DNA from: Sulfurimonadaceae bacterium
Lineage (GTDB): Bacteria > Campylobacterota > Campylobacteria > Campylobacterales > Sulfurimonadaceae
Reading direction: 5' to 3'
Assembly: GCA_016744575.1 (NCBI GenBank)
Contig: JADGEC010000003.1
Coordinates: 108 to 64,107 of the forward strand
DNA length: 64,000 bases
Below, piece by piece: positions 26,944 to 37,692 of this stretch. The notes below the pieces were generated by a model. The model made no database searches, was not told where the DNA came from, and worked only from the letters and a program-made list of their open reading frames with translations. A program made the position numbers and the translations under genes. Numbering within the stretch: position 1 is the first letter of the stretch; each line of letters opens with the position of its first letter.

Positions 26944-29310
26944 ATGATCACCATTATTAAGCGCAACGGACGGCGCGAACCTCTTGATATCTCTAAGATA
27001 CAAAAGTATACTTCTGCTGCCGTCAAAGGGCTGAGTAATGTCTCACAAAGCGAACTCGAAGTCGATGCACAGATACAGTTTCGTGATGGCATCTCTTCCA
27101 AAGAGATCCAGGAGACACTGATAAAGACAGCAGTCGATAAGATCGATATTGATGAGCCTAACTGGACCTTTGTCGCATCGAGACTATTTCTATATGACCT
27201 CTATCATACTGTCAATAACTATACCGGATACAGTCCCTTACTTACGTACTTTGAACGCGGTGAGAAAGAGGGGCGTATCCTCCTTGGCTTGAAAGAGAAG
27301 TATGACCTTGAAGAGCTGGACAAACACATAAGACCAGAGCGCGACCTTCAGTTCAACTACCTAGGTGTCAAGACACTTTATGATCGTTATCTCATCAAAG
27401 ATAAAGAGGGCAAGCCCATAGAGCTTCCACAACATATGTTCATGGCGATCTCGATGTTCCTCGCACAAAACGAGGAGAACCCTCAAGAGTGGGCCCTCAA
27501 GTTCTATAACATGGTCTCCAAGTTTGAAGTGATGCTAGCGACACCTACTCTCTCTAATGCACGTACGACTCGTCACCAGCTGAGTTCGTGTTATATTGGT
27601 TCTACACCTGATAACATCGAAGGGATCTTTGATGCCTATAAAGAGATGGCATTACTATCTAAGTTTGGTGGCGGTATTGGTTGGGACTGGACGAATGTCC
27701 GTGCTATGGGTTCATCCATCGATAACCACAAACATGCCGCAGGCGGGACCGTTCCATTTCTCAAGATCACTAACGACATAGCTATCGCTGTAGACCAACT
27801 TGGTACCCGTAAAGGTGCTATCGCGGTCTATCTTGAGCCGTGGCACATCGACATCCATGACTTCCTGGACCTGAAGAAGAACTCAGGTGAAGAGCGTAGA
27901 CGTGCACACGACCTATTTCCTTCTATGTGGTTGAACAACATCTTTATGAAACGTGTTGTTGCAGATGCTATGTGGACCATGTTCGATCCATATGACTGTA
28001 AAGATCTTAGTAGCCTTCATGGTGAGGCCTTTGAAAAACGTTATCTTGAGCTCGAAAAAGACGAGAGTATAGTCAAAGAGTACACCAAAGCAAAAGACCT
28101 TTGGAAGAAGATACTGACTAGCTACTTTGAGACAGGAAGTCCGTTCCTCTGCTTTAAAGACAATGCTAACCGGGCTAACCCCAATGACCACTTCGGAACG
28201 ATCCGTAGCTCAAACCTATGTACGGAGATCTTCCAGAACACCCAGCCTAATCACTATCTCACCAAACTCAAGTTTGAAGATGGTGACTTTCTTACGTTTG
28301 AAGAGCATGAGAGAGTCACTGTCGACAGCGGTATAACAAAACCGGCTAACAAAGTGACAGCACTCGACTCCATCAATGGTCGTCAGATCTACATCGTCGA
28401 GAAAGAGAAGATCGATGGAGCTACCGCTGTCTGTAACCTAGCATCTATCAACCTCTCACGTATCAACACTAAAGAGGATATCGAACGTGTCGTACCTATC
28501 GCGATGCGTGCGTTAGACAACGTGATAGACCTGAACTTCTATCCACTTGAAAAAGTAAAGCGTACCAATATGCGCAGCCGTTCAGTCGGTCTGGGTGTTA
28601 TGGGTGAAGCACAGATGTTAGCTGAGCAAGCTATCAGCTGGGGGACACAGGAACATTTTGACAAGATCGATGAAGTGATGGAGGCTGTCAGTTATAACGC
28701 CATAAACGCCTCTTCTGATCTTGCAGCAGAGAAAGGTGCCTACTCTGAGTTCGACGGCTCTAAATGGAGTCGGGGTATCTTCCCTATGGACCATGCTAAC
28801 GCTGAAGTGTTAAACCTTATAGATCGCGGTGGTCTTTTTGCTTCGACCTATGATTGGGAAGTGTTACGTGAGAAAGTCAAAAGTCAGAAGATGCGGAATG
28901 GTTACCTGATGGCTATCGCACCGACTAGTTCTATCTCCATCCTGACAGGGACTACACAGGCCATCGAACCAGTCTACAAACGCAAATGGTATGAGGAGAA
29001 CCTCTCCGGACTCATCCCGGTCGTCGCACCTAATCTAAGCCCGGATACATGGGAGTATTATACCCCTGCATACGACCTTGATCAGACCATACTTATCAAA
29101 GCAGCTTCTATCCGCCAGAAGTGGATAGACCAGGGTCAGAGTCTTAATATCTTTATAACTCTAGATAAGGCCAGCGGGAAGTATCTCAATGATATCTATA
29201 CCCTTGCATGGCGACTCGGTCTTAAGTCGACCTACTATCTACGTAGTCAATCTCCTGAGGCAGTTAGTGATGTAGAAGACCGCTCTATGGAGTGTGTCGG
29301 GTGTCAATAG
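26944..29310 (+). CDS. nrdA: ribonucleoside-diphosphate reductase, alpha subunit (class Ia)
   Basis: N-terminal ATP-cone (IIKRNGRREPLDISKI), active-site NLCTEI, C-terminal redox Cys pair ECVGCQ; 788 aa. Confidence 0.96.
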   Translation: MITIIKRNGRREPLDISKIQKYTSAAVKGLSNVSQSELEVDAQIQFRDGISSKEIQETLIKTAVDKIDIDEPNWTFVASRLFLYDLYHTVNNYTGYSPLLTYFERGEKEGRILLGLKEKYDLEELDKHIRPERDLQFNYLGVKTLYDRYLIKDKEGKPIELPQHMFMAISMFLAQNEENPQEWALKFYNMVSKFEVMLATPTLSNARTTRHQLSSCYIGSTPDNIEGIFDAYKEMALLSKFGGGIGWDWTNVRAMGSSIDNHKHAAGGTVPFLKITNDIAIAVDQLGTRKGAIAVYLEPWHIDIHDFLDLKKNSGEERRRAHDLFPSMWLNNIFMKRVVADAMWTMFDPYDCKDLSSLHGEAFEKRYLELEKDESIVKEYTKAKDLWKKILTSYFETGSPFLCFKDNANRANPNDHFGTIRSSNLCTEIFQNTQPNHYLTKLKFEDGDFLTFEEHERVTVDSGITKPANKVTALDSINGRQIYIVEKEKIDGATAVCNLASINLSRINTKEDIERVVPIAMRALDNVIDLNFYPLEKVKRTNMRSRSVGLGVMGEAQMLAEQAISWGTQEHFDKIDEVMEAVSYNAINASSDLAAEKGAYSEFDGSKWSRGIFPMDHANAEVLNLIDRGGLFASTYDWEVLREKVKSQKMRNGYLMAIAPTSSISILTGTTQAIEPVYKRKWYEENLSGLIPVVAPNLSPDTWEYYTPAYDLDQTILIKAASIRQKWIDQGQSLNIFITLDKASGKYLNDIYTLAWRLGLKSTYYLRSQSPEAVSDVEDRSMECVGCQ

Positions 29311-29311
29311 G

Positions 29312-29683
29312 ATGAGACCACTATCACCCTCCTCTACCTCTTCACTCATGGAACGTATTGAGGATGTCAAAGGTGGAGAGCTACGCTCCATCGTCATGAA
29401 GGACCCTACGACATTCACCCTCACCTTCTCTGTACAAGACAAGAACCGTGGTTTTGACTGGCTCAACATAGCCTTTGAGATAAGCGGTATCTATGATGCA
29501 CGACTGATCGATGATAAGAAGCTCGCGTTTGTCGATATGAGTGATGGTGTTAGTATAGTGTTTGAAGATAGTGAGTGTGGATTTCTTTTTGGAGATTATC
29601 GCTCTTTAGACTCTGCTGCTGATTCGATGATGTACATACTCGGTGACTCTATAAAATACGAAGAACTCCCTTTCTCAGAGTAA
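29312..29683 (+). CDS. hypothetical protein downstream of nrdA
   Basis: Intact ORF; start uncertain (ATG at 29312 just after the nrdA stop, or at 29348); no motif recognised. Confidence 0.45.
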   Translation: MRPLSPSSTSSLMERIEDVKGGELRSIVMKDPTTFTLTFSVQDKNRGFDWLNIAFEISGIYDARLIDDKKLAFVDMSDGVSIVFEDSECGFLFGDYRSLDSAADSMMYILGDSIKYEELPFSE

Positions 29684-29784
29684 AGAGAGTCTCCAAACAT
29701 CAGGTGTTATCTATTTGGCTACAGATCAAGTCCTTGTAGCTAAGACTCGCTCTCATCTCTGAATACTAGTAGAGTTAGGCTCAG

Positions 29785-30228
29785 TTACTGACTAGCCTCA
29801 TCAAACAATACACTCACACAAGACTCTATCATAGTGTAGACTTTATCAAAGCCATCATAGCCTGGAAAGAAGTATGGGTCAGGGACATCTTCATCATCAT
29901 GACCAAAGGAGCCCAGCTTTACTAACGACTTGGCACCAAGACGTTTGAGGTCGTTATAGTTCTTCTCATCCAGTGCGATGATGAGATCAAAGCGCTCAAA
30001 GTCCTCTATCGTGACCTGACGTGCTCGTTGACCTGATATATCGACATCATGACTCTTAGCCACTTTGATAGAGTCATCACATGGTGACTCACCTACATGC
30101 CAACTGCCTGTCCCAGCCGAATCAATACGTACATCCAGTCCACGTTCATCGGCTATCTTCTTTGCGATGCCCTCAGCAAGAGGTGAGCGGCAGATATTGC
30201 CCAAACAGACAAATAGTAAAGAGTTCAT
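29785..30228 (-). CDS. low-molecular-weight protein-tyrosine phosphatase
   Basis: CLGNICRSPLAEG (CX5R-S/T P-loop) at the N-terminus and a DPYF acid loop; 147 aa. Confidence 0.9.
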   Translation of the reverse strand: MNSLLFVCLGNICRSPLAEGIAKKIADERGLDVRIDSAGTGSWHVGESPCDDSIKVAKSHDVDISGQRARQVTIEDFERFDLIIALDEKNYNDLKRLGAKSLVKLGSFGHDDEDVPDPYFFPGYDGFDKVYTMIESCVSVLFDEASQ

Positions 30229-30830
30229 CTTTTTCGTACCACTATACGGATCAACTCCGCATCACCCTGATGTCCCCTACCCTCATGGAGTAGATCGACC
30301 ACCTCTTCAAGTCTCAAGATCTCTATATCGCTGCGGTCAAAGATATTTTGTAATGAGTCTACCGTGTAGAGTAACTCCGGGTCTTTTGGGCCGCCACTTT
30401 GTAATGGTAACTGTTTGATAGAGAAGAACTCTGCTACGAAGACACCAGAGGGCTTTAAAGCGCTAATAGCCTTACCGAAGGCCAAAGTCCTCAGAGGTTC
30501 TTTAAGATGCAAGAACGAGGCCATAACAGCGTCGTAGTGCACTTCTGCTTCCCAGTGAGCGAGATCGATGTGTAAGGTCTTGATATCGACATCCATATCT
30601 GTTGCAAGCTGCTGAGCTTTATTGAGACCTATATCAGATGCGTCAAGTGCGAGGACACTATGACCGTGCAACGCTGCGTAACAGGCATTACGCCCTTCTC
30701 CTTCGCCTAAAAACAAGATACTTGAAGATGCTGGGAGTCCATCGATATGGGACGCAAGATAACTATTTGGTGCTTTTCCATACAGATAGCCTTCGCGTGA
30801 GAACTTCCCGTTCCAGAGATCCTGCATCAT
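30225..30830 (-). CDS. class I SAM-dependent methyltransferase
   Basis: ILFLGEGEGRNA motif-I-like segment, about 200 aa. The start at 30830 forms an ATGA overlap with the pcm stop, and the stop overlaps the PTP start by 4 nt. Confidence 0.72.
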   Translation of the reverse strand: MMQDLWNGKFSREGYLYGKAPNSYLASHIDGLPASSSILFLGEGEGRNACYAALHGHSVLALDASDIGLNKAQQLATDMDVDIKTLHIDLAHWEAEVHYDAVMASFLHLKEPLRTLAFGKAISALKPSGVFVAEFFSIKQLPLQSGGPKDPELLYTVDSLQNIFDRSDIEILRLEEVVDLLHEGRGHQGDAELIRIVVRKR

Positions 30831-31468
30831 TTCTGTACTCCATTTAAGATCGGGACGAACTGACACTCTTCGAGCGGGTACTCGATGAGTCTGCCTGCTT
30901 TTTTTACAAAACGTGTGATGACCTGCTTACCACCCTTCTCTACCGGAGCGACCAAGATACCTTCTGGCTTGAGCTGATCGATCAGCTTTTGGGGTATCAC
31001 TTTCGCAGAGGCTGAGAAGAGTATGCGATCGTACGGCGCGTACTGGACCCATCCATTTTGACCATCATCGGTCCGGGTATGGATGTTAGTGATACGTAAG
31101 TGTCTAAAACGTCTCTTGGCTTCGACCATCAATGGTTCTATCCGCTCAATAGTAAACACCCCTCGGAAAAGATGCGCGAGTACTGCCGCCTGATAACCAC
31201 TACCACACCCTACTTCAAGGACTCGGTCTGCTCCTTTTGGAGAGAGGTACTCTGTCATCTTTGCAACGGTCAAGGGTGAACTTATCCACTGCTTTGCCCC
31301 TATTGGTAATGCATCGAGCTTATAGGCATTGTGTCTGAAACCAGGTGGGACAAAAGCTTCTCTATCTGTCTTCTCGATCGCCTCTTTGACATCTTTACTC
31401 AACTTAAACTGCTTGTCTATATCATCTGCCAGACGGCGTGTCTTAATAGCTGTAATATGATTAAGCAT
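30827..31468 (-). CDS. pcm: protein-L-isoaspartate O-methyltransferase
   Basis: VLEVGCGSGYQAAVLA SAM motif, preceded by ...ISSPLTVAKM and followed by PQKLIDQLKPEGILVAPV; 213 aa. Confidence 0.88.
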   Translation of the reverse strand: MLNHITAIKTRRLADDIDKQFKLSKDVKEAIEKTDREAFVPPGFRHNAYKLDALPIGAKQWISSPLTVAKMTEYLSPKGADRVLEVGCGSGYQAAVLAHLFRGVFTIERIEPLMVEAKRRFRHLRITNIHTRTDDGQNGWVQYAPYDRILFSASAKVIPQKLIDQLKPEGILVAPVEKGGKQVITRFVKKAGRLIEYPLEECQFVPILNGVQK

Positions 31469-32222
31469 CTATCCCCACATCTAAATAGCGACGCATCTTA
31501 CGCACCTCGTTTTTATTGTATTTGACTTCCAGACTCTTCTCATTGCCATTACGTAAAGCTACACCAAAGGGAGTGATGATACCGGATTCACCGGTCATCT
31601 CCTCATTAGACGTATCACTGACCACGACATAACATTGGTTTATCACAGCAAGTGCTTCGGTAAGCACTATAAGGTTCTCTTTTCTAAGGACTCCCCATTG
31701 TGCTGGCATGACGATGATATCTGCCCCTTCAAGTCTCTGCCATAGGGACTTGAAACGCAATTCAAAACAGATAAGTAGACCCATTCGGATACCATCTACT
31801 TCAAACAATACGATCTCATCATCACTACCCTCTTTGAAATGGCCATGTTCACCACCAAATCTAAAAAGTCTGGCCTTCGCCTGCTCATGGACTACCCTGC
31901 CCTGAAACAGTACTTTAGCGACATTGTAGATACCGTCACTGCGTCTTTCTATCATGGTCAAGACGATGATACGTTCATCTGTATGTCCTAACAACGACTT
32001 AAGTGCTATTGGCGTAAAGTCAGCTGCCTCATCAAAATGCTCATAATCAAAGTTAGTCAAGCAGACTTCCGGTGCGACGACAAGGGCATTGGAAGGTGTA
32101 TCATCTATCAGGGAGAGTAGTGTTGTGAGGTTTTCATCGTAGTCTGAGGTGGTCGTGTATCGAAGAGAGATAAGAGGACGTATTCCGTCACTCTTGGAGT
32201 CCGTCTCGCTATGGGTCTTCAT
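31461..32222 (-). CDS. carbon-nitrogen hydrolase (nitrilase-superfamily) protein
   Basis: Glu (VVAPEVCL), Lys and Cys (LLICFELRF) catalytic-triad context; 253 aa. Confidence 0.78.
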   Translation of the reverse strand: MKTHSETDSKSDGIRPLISLRYTTTSDYDENLTTLLSLIDDTPSNALVVAPEVCLTNFDYEHFDEAADFTPIALKSLLGHTDERIIVLTMIERRSDGIYNVAKVLFQGRVVHEQAKARLFRFGGEHGHFKEGSDDEIVLFEVDGIRMGLLICFELRFKSLWQRLEGADIIVMPAQWGVLRKENLIVLTEALAVINQCYVVVSDTSNEEMTGESGIITPFGVALRNGNEKSLEVKYNKNEVRKMRRYLDVGIDA

Positions 32223-33245
32223 CTACCAGTCATCACCAAAGTCGAGACTTCCTTTTGAGTAGTTTGTCACCGTACCCTCAAAGAAGTTAGTCTTCTGATC
32301 ATTGAACTTAGCAAAATCATCGACCCATTTTATAGGGTGTTCCACATTATAGAGTTTCTCGAAACCGACCGACGTCAAACGGTCGTCAGCAAGGTACTTG
32401 ATGTACTGCTCGACTATCTCATCAGTAAGTCCCAGTATCTGACCCTGAGTGATGTACTGACCCCACGCCGTCTCCAGTTTTACCGCACTTCTAAACATCT
32501 CATAGACTTCGGCTTTGAGCTCTTCGGTAAAAAGATCTGATCGTTCTCGTCTCAAGGTATTTATGAGGTTTTGAAACAGTACCAGGTGGGTCACTTCATC
32601 ACGCTGGATAAAGCGAATCATCTGAGCAGAACCCAACATCTTACCTGAGCGTGCCAGCGTATAGATATAAGTAAACCCACTATAGAAGTAGATGCCTTCA
32701 AGGATCTGGTTCGCAAAACAGGCTTTTAGGAAATTACTCTCCGTAGGGTCCTCTGCTAATCTCGTATAGATAGCCGCGATCTCGTCGTTCTTGGACTTCA
32801 ACATCATATCTCTGCGCCAGAGCTCATAGATCTCTTCAGAATTTTGTGAGATAGAGTCGACCATGACGGCATAACTCTGTGAGTGCAGGGCTTCTTCATA
32901 CGACTGTCGGACAAGGATCAAGTTGACTTCAGGTGCGGTCACATAGGGGTTGACGTTGTCTATCAAGTTGTTCGTCTGTAGCGAGTCCATGAAGATCAAC
33001 TGTGACAAAGCCTTATCGTAGGCATCTTTTTCTGCTGCTGTCAGGTTCTTATAGTCGTTGACATCACGCGTCATATCGACCTCTTTAGGAAACCAGGTGT
33101 TATTTAACATCACCTCCCAAAGATTATAGGCCCACTGATATTTGATGTTGTTCAGTTCAAAGATACCCGTCGGGTCTCCGCCAAAAATACGACGTTCATT
33201 GACGCTCTCGGTAGATTCGGGGTTGTAGATCTTTTTTCTATCCAT
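32223..33245 (-). CDS. nrdB: ribonucleoside-diphosphate reductase, beta subunit
   Basis: Di-iron ligand motifs EEALHSQSY and RDEVTHL, C-terminal acidic tail ...LDFGDDW; 340 aa. Confidence 0.95.
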   Translation of the reverse strand: MDRKKIYNPESTESVNERRIFGGDPTGIFELNNIKYQWAYNLWEVMLNNTWFPKEVDMTRDVNDYKNLTAAEKDAYDKALSQLIFMDSLQTNNLIDNVNPYVTAPEVNLILVRQSYEEALHSQSYAVMVDSISQNSEEIYELWRRDMMLKSKNDEIAAIYTRLAEDPTESNFLKACFANQILEGIYFYSGFTYIYTLARSGKMLGSAQMIRFIQRDEVTHLVLFQNLINTLRRERSDLFTEELKAEVYEMFRSAVKLETAWGQYITQGQILGLTDEIVEQYIKYLADDRLTSVGFEKLYNVEHPIKWVDDFAKFNDQKTNFFEGTVTNYSKGSLDFGDDW

Positions 33246-33404
33246 GTTAGTACCTCGTCGTACTTAAATAAAGTTTTTGATTATGACTAAAAAGAGGTTT
33301 ATCGGTAATTAAACAACACAGAAATCCATTGGATCCATGTATGTTTCAAGATGACCTGCTATTTAGATGCAAGCAGGCCAGATGAAGTCAGAGATATGTG
33401 CAGT

Positions 33405-35213
33405 CTACTTTTTAGTACGTGAGTGACGCTTACGCTCGATCTCGTTTAAGTAACGTTTACGAATACGGACACTTTTTGGTGTGACTTCAAGAAGCTCATC
33501 GTCTTCTATCCACTCCAGTGCTTTTTCCATACTCATATCACGTGGTGGGACAAGTTTGATAGCATCGTCTGCGCCTGAAGAACGAACGTTTGACTGCTGC
33601 TTTCCTTTGATAGGGTTGATCTCAAGGTCATTAGAACGGCTATGCTCACCAACGATCATACCGTTGTAGACTTTGTCCTGAGGTCCGATGAACATCACGC
33701 CACGGTCTTGCAGGTTAAAGATAGAGTAGGCCAGGGCAGTACCGTTCTCCATAGAGATAAGTGCACCATACTGGCGACTCTCTACAGAACCGGAGAACGC
33801 ACGGAAGTCCATGAACGAGTGGTTCATGATACCTTCACCTTTAGTATCAGTCAGGAACTGTCCACGGAAACCGATAAGTCCACGTGCCGGGATCTCAAAC
33901 TCAATACGGGTGAAACCCTCACCCATCGGTGTCATCGCTTTCATCTCTGCTTTTCGTTTACCAAGACGCTCGATGATCGTACCTGAGTTCTCTTCAGGGA
34001 CATCGATGACCAGGTGCTCAAACGGCTCGCACTTGACACCTTCTATCTCTTTTACGATGACTTCAGGTCTGGAGATACCGAACTCGAAGTCCTCACGACG
34101 CATGTTCTCAGCCAAGATCGTGATCTGTAGCTCGCCACGTCCAGAGACCTTGAACTTACCCTCTCCGATGACCTCAAGCTGCATAGCCACATTGGTCGTC
34201 ATCTCTGACTCCAATCGGGTCTGCAGTTTGTTGGATGTGACGTGCTTACCCTCTGTACCTGCGAGAGGAGAGTCATTTACTGAGAAGACGACGGTCAGTG
34301 TCGGCTCTTCGATATGCATCGGATCAAGAGGCATAGGGTTGTCTGGGTCTACGACCGAGTCTCCGACATCGACAGTCTCAAGTCCAGCAAATGCGATGAT
34401 ATCACCCGCTTCTGCCTGATCGATCTCCGTACGTGCAAGTCCCATAAAACCGATCAGCTTACTGATCCGTCCCTTTGTCATCTCACCATCAGCCTTAGCC
34501 AGCATGATGTTATCGCCTTTTCTGACTGTACCATTAAAGATACGGGCAATACCTATCTTTCCGACATAATTATCATAATCAAGCGTGAAGACCTGAGCCT
34601 GTGCCGGATTATTAGCATCACCATCAGGGACTGGGACCTCGTTAATGATCGTCTCGAAGAGACATTCGAAGTTACCATCCTCATCATCCATATCCATCTT
34701 AGCGATACCATCTCTGGCAGCTGCATAGACAATAGGGAAGTCCTGCTGTTCATCAGTCGCACCCATAGCTACAAATAGGTCAAAGACCTCATCGACGACA
34801 CGGTCTGGATCAGCAGATGGTTTGTCGATCTTATTGATGACGACAATAGGCATCTTACCAAGTGCAAGCATCTTTTTGACGACAAACTTAGTCTGAGGCA
34901 TGACCCCTTCATAAGCATCGACAAGTACCAAGACACCATCGACCATCTTCAAGACGCGCTCTACCTCACCACCGAAGTCAGCGTGGCCCGGAGTATCGAT
35001 GATATTGATCTTATGGTCTTTATAACGGATAGCCGTGTTCTTTGACAAGATCGTAATACCGCGCTCACGCTCCAACGCATTACTGTCCATGGCGCGCTCA
35101 TCATGATGCTCGTGTGAACCAAATGTCCCTGATTGCTCCAACAAGCCATCTACTAGTGTGGTCTTACCGTGGTCGACGTGTGCGATCACTGCGATATTTC
35201 TGATCTTTTGCAA
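33405..35213 (-). CDS. typA: translational GTPase TypA/BipA
   Basis: [14 protein letters not shown]1, DTPGHADF G3, NKID G4; 602 aa; EF-G-like domain order without domain IV. Confidence 0.96.
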   Translation of the reverse strand: MQKIRNIAVIAHVDHGKTTLVDGLLEQSGTFGSHEHHDERAMDSNALERERGITILSKNTAIRYKDHKINIIDTPGHADFGGEVERVLKMVDGVLVLVDAYEGVMPQTKFVVKKMLALGKMPIVVINKIDKPSADPDRVVDEVFDLFVAMGATDEQQDFPIVYAAARDGIAKMDMDDEDGNFECLFETIINEVPVPDGDANNPAQAQVFTLDYDNYVGKIGIARIFNGTVRKGDNIMLAKADGEMTKGRISKLIGFMGLARTEIDQAEAGDIIAFAGLETVDVGDSVVDPDNPMPLDPMHIEEPTLTVVFSVNDSPLAGTEGKHVTSNKLQTRLESEMTTNVAMQLEVIGEGKFKVSGRGELQITILAENMRREDFEFGISRPEVIVKEIEGVKCEPFEHLVIDVPEENSGTIIERLGKRKAEMKAMTPMGEGFTRIEFEIPARGLIGFRGQFLTDTKGEGIMNHSFMDFRAFSGSVESRQYGALISMENGTALAYSIFNLQDRGVMFIGPQDKVYNGMIVGEHSRSNDLEINPIKGKQQSNVRSSGADDAIKLVPPRDMSMEKALEWIEDDELLEVTPKSVRIRKRYLNEIERKRHSRTKK

Positions 35214-35339
35214 ATAAAGTTCCTTCTTAAGGCACCTTAAGCAAGGGCCTTTAAATAATTTCGCGATTATATCTAAAATGAAGTAAAAAAGATGTTACAT
35301 CCTTGATCTACATAGACAAACTAGCTTATTGTTACACTA

Positions 35340-35356
35340 TGGAATACAATTTGCTT
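35340..35356 (+). promoter_or_regulatory. sigma-54 (RpoN) promoter upstream of fliK: TGGAATACAATTTGCTT
   Basis: GG and GC elements at the canonical -24/-12 spacing (TGGAAY-N5-TTGCTT); 55 bp upstream of the fliK ATG. Confidence 0.7.
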
Positions 35357-35410
35357 ATAATTTAAACTACTATCTTAGAGCCCTTATTACGGGCAATAAA
35401 GGAGAGTCTC

Positions 35411-37006
35411 ATGCTGATGATGGATGTAGCAACAGATAAAAGCAGTCAATCACCACTATCACTGCTTCCAGGAAAAGATGAAGGTGACCCTAAAGCGTTT
35501 GACAAACTACTTAAAGGGCTTACCCTCTCTTTGGGCAAAGGAAAGTCTATCTCTACCGAGGGCCTGACACTACTACTAAGCAAAGAGCAGGCTCTCCAAG
35601 AGACAAGCATGCTCCCGAGTGCTGTTCCAAAGCTCGAGCAGGGCAAAGAGAAGGCTGTCGAGAAGTCACTTCTAAATCTGCTGCACGGAGAGGATACGGA
35701 CGAAGAGAGCGTTAGCAGTAGTAGTGACCTGCAAGAGATAAAGACGCTTAATCCAAAGATCACCTCTAACATGCCTCCACGACAGCTGAATGAACTCATT
35801 CAAGATGCCAAGGCCTACCTCAAGACCGAGATCAGCCGTATCTCTGATGTCAAAGAGATGCCAAAGACCCTTAAAGGACTCGTAGAACTTGCCCAAAAGG
35901 TCGGTGTCGATCTCACTAAAGTCACACTGGAGAGCGTTCAGGTAAAAAATACAGGTACGATGGCAGTACCTACTACAGAGAAAAGTAAAGGTGAGGCACA
36001 ACAGGTAGTCGTCGAGAAGAGGGCAGGTATAAAGAACATACCAACTGCCCAACTAATACAGCAACAGACACAGACTCCTGAAGCAAAAAGCACTAAACAT
36101 GCTGAACCATTACAGACACTGCTGCAGAAATCAACAGAACCACTCAAAGCAGCGACACCAACAGAACAACCTGCACGATCTGTACCACTTGGTCAGACGG
36201 TCATCTCTGATACAAAAGCAGAGCAGTCTCAAGCACAGACTTCAGCACAACTCAAGAGTGCTGTCAATACCGTCGCAGTAGCCTCTACAGATAAAAGAGC
36301 AGTGACCAAGAGTAAAGAGGAGCCTGTACAGAGACAAAGTAGATCTGTCACAGCCCAGAGTGCCGTAGACAAAAACGCAGCACTACCTCAGGCTTCTATC
36401 GCTCTCGATGATGGCGTGAGTGCAGAGGTTATGGCAAAACAGTCCAAACAGCCTCTTTTTTCCTCCGCTCTAAACACACTTGTCCATGGAGAGAAAGAGT
36501 CCTCTGAGATGAGCTTGGAAAACAGTGCTAAAACAGTAGATACAACACCTAAAAGCAGTACATCCATGGCTTCGATCACAAATTCCGATCAGCTTGAGAA
36601 CAAGATGAACGAAGCCAAACAGACGATGCGTCATTTTGCCGGTGAGATAAAAGAGGCGATCCAAAACTACAAATCACCATTCACAAGGATCAAGATACAG
36701 TTGAACCCAGCCAAACTGGGAGAAGTCGATGTCACAATGGTACAACGGGGCAATAACCTCCATATCAACATCAGCTCCAACACTACAGCTATCACGACCC
36801 TGGCACAAAACGCTACGGAACTCAAGACCCAGCTCTCACAAAACGGCATGGGCAGCACCACGATGAACTTTAGTAACAGCTCCAACTCAGAACAACAGCA
36901 GCAACAGCAGCGCCAGCATATTGCTGAGCTTTATGAGCAGTTTGAGAACAGTGAAGAGTTCGAGTTGATGGAAAGTCTCGAACTTATCATCCCGAAATAC
37001 GTATAG
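35411..37006 (+). CDS. fliK: flagellar hook-length control protein FliK
   Basis: Low-complexity Ser/Thr/Gln/Lys-rich body; C-terminal Flg_hook domain (IKIQLNPAKLGEVDVTMVQRGNNLHINI...); position upstream of flgD. Confidence 0.8.
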   Translation: MLMMDVATDKSSQSPLSLLPGKDEGDPKAFDKLLKGLTLSLGKGKSISTEGLTLLLSKEQALQETSMLPSAVPKLEQGKEKAVEKSLLNLLHGEDTDEESVSSSSDLQEIKTLNPKITSNMPPRQLNELIQDAKAYLKTEISRISDVKEMPKTLKGLVELAQKVGVDLTKVTLESVQVKNTGTMAVPTTEKSKGEAQQVVVEKRAGIKNIPTAQLIQQQTQTPEAKSTKHAEPLQTLLQKSTEPLKAATPTEQPARSVPLGQTVISDTKAEQSQAQTSAQLKSAVNTVAVASTDKRAVTKSKEEPVQRQSRSVTAQSAVDKNAALPQASIALDDGVSAEVMAKQSKQPLFSSALNTLVHGEKESSEMSLENSAKTVDTTPKSSTSMASITNSDQLENKMNEAKQTMRHFAGEIKEAIQNYKSPFTRIKIQLNPAKLGEVDVTMVQRGNNLHINISSNTTAITTLAQNATELKTQLSQNGMGSTTMNFSNSSNSEQQQQQQRQHIAELYEQFENSEEFELMESLELIIPKYV

Positions 37007-37018
37007 AAAGGACAGATC

Positions 37019-37690
37019 ATGGCATCAAGTATCACATCTCCAACAACAACGGCGACTACCGAAACGACCTCGACGACTACAAGCGAAAACCCTAATGGTA
37101 TCCTTGGTAAGGATGATTTCATGAAACTGCTACTTATACAGTTGCAGTATCAAGACCCCACCGACCCCATGGATAGTTCGGAGATCCTTACTCAGACATC
37201 ACAGCTTGCACAACTCGAATCAGCTGATAACACCAATACTGCTCTGGAGAAGCTCTCAGAGTCTTTGCTCACCAGTATGCAGTTCTCTACCATCGCGGCT
37301 ATCGGTAAGATGGCTGATCTTGGAAGCGACTCTATCACACTTGATGCTGAAGGGGGCAACAGCTCTTTTGATATCTTCTTCCCAACAGACATCGCCAGTG
37401 GGTCAGTGGAGATCCGTGACGGTGATGGTTCACTTATACAGTCCATCTCCGTTCCTGAAAGCTCAGCTGGAGCACAGACCTTCAACTGGGATGGGACCAC
37501 ATCCGGCGGTGACGCGGCAGCAGAGGGAATCTATCACGTCAGTGCGACCTATGGTGCAAATGATGGCAGCACAGGTACAGTGAAACTCGGCTCCTACCCA
37601 ATAGAGTCCATCCGTTTTGAAGAAGGGACTCCTCTGGCAAAAGTAGGCTCTTCGTATGTGTCATTTGACGATATCTATGAGGTCTACTAG
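37019..37690 (+). CDS. flgD: flagellar hook assembly/capping protein FlgD
   Basis: ILGKDDFMKLLLIQLQYQDPTDPMD motif and a C-terminal FlgD Ig-like region. Confidence 0.92.
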   Translation: MASSITSPTTTATTETTSTTTSENPNGILGKDDFMKLLLIQLQYQDPTDPMDSSEILTQTSQLAQLESADNTNTALEKLSESLLTSMQFSTIAAIGKMADLGSDSITLDAEGGNSSFDIFFPTDIASGSVEIRDGDGSLIQSISVPESSAGAQTFNWDGTTSGGDAAAEGIYHVSATYGANDGSTGTVKLGSYPIESIRFEEGTPLAKVGSSYVSFDDIYEVY

Positions 37691-37692
37691 TC

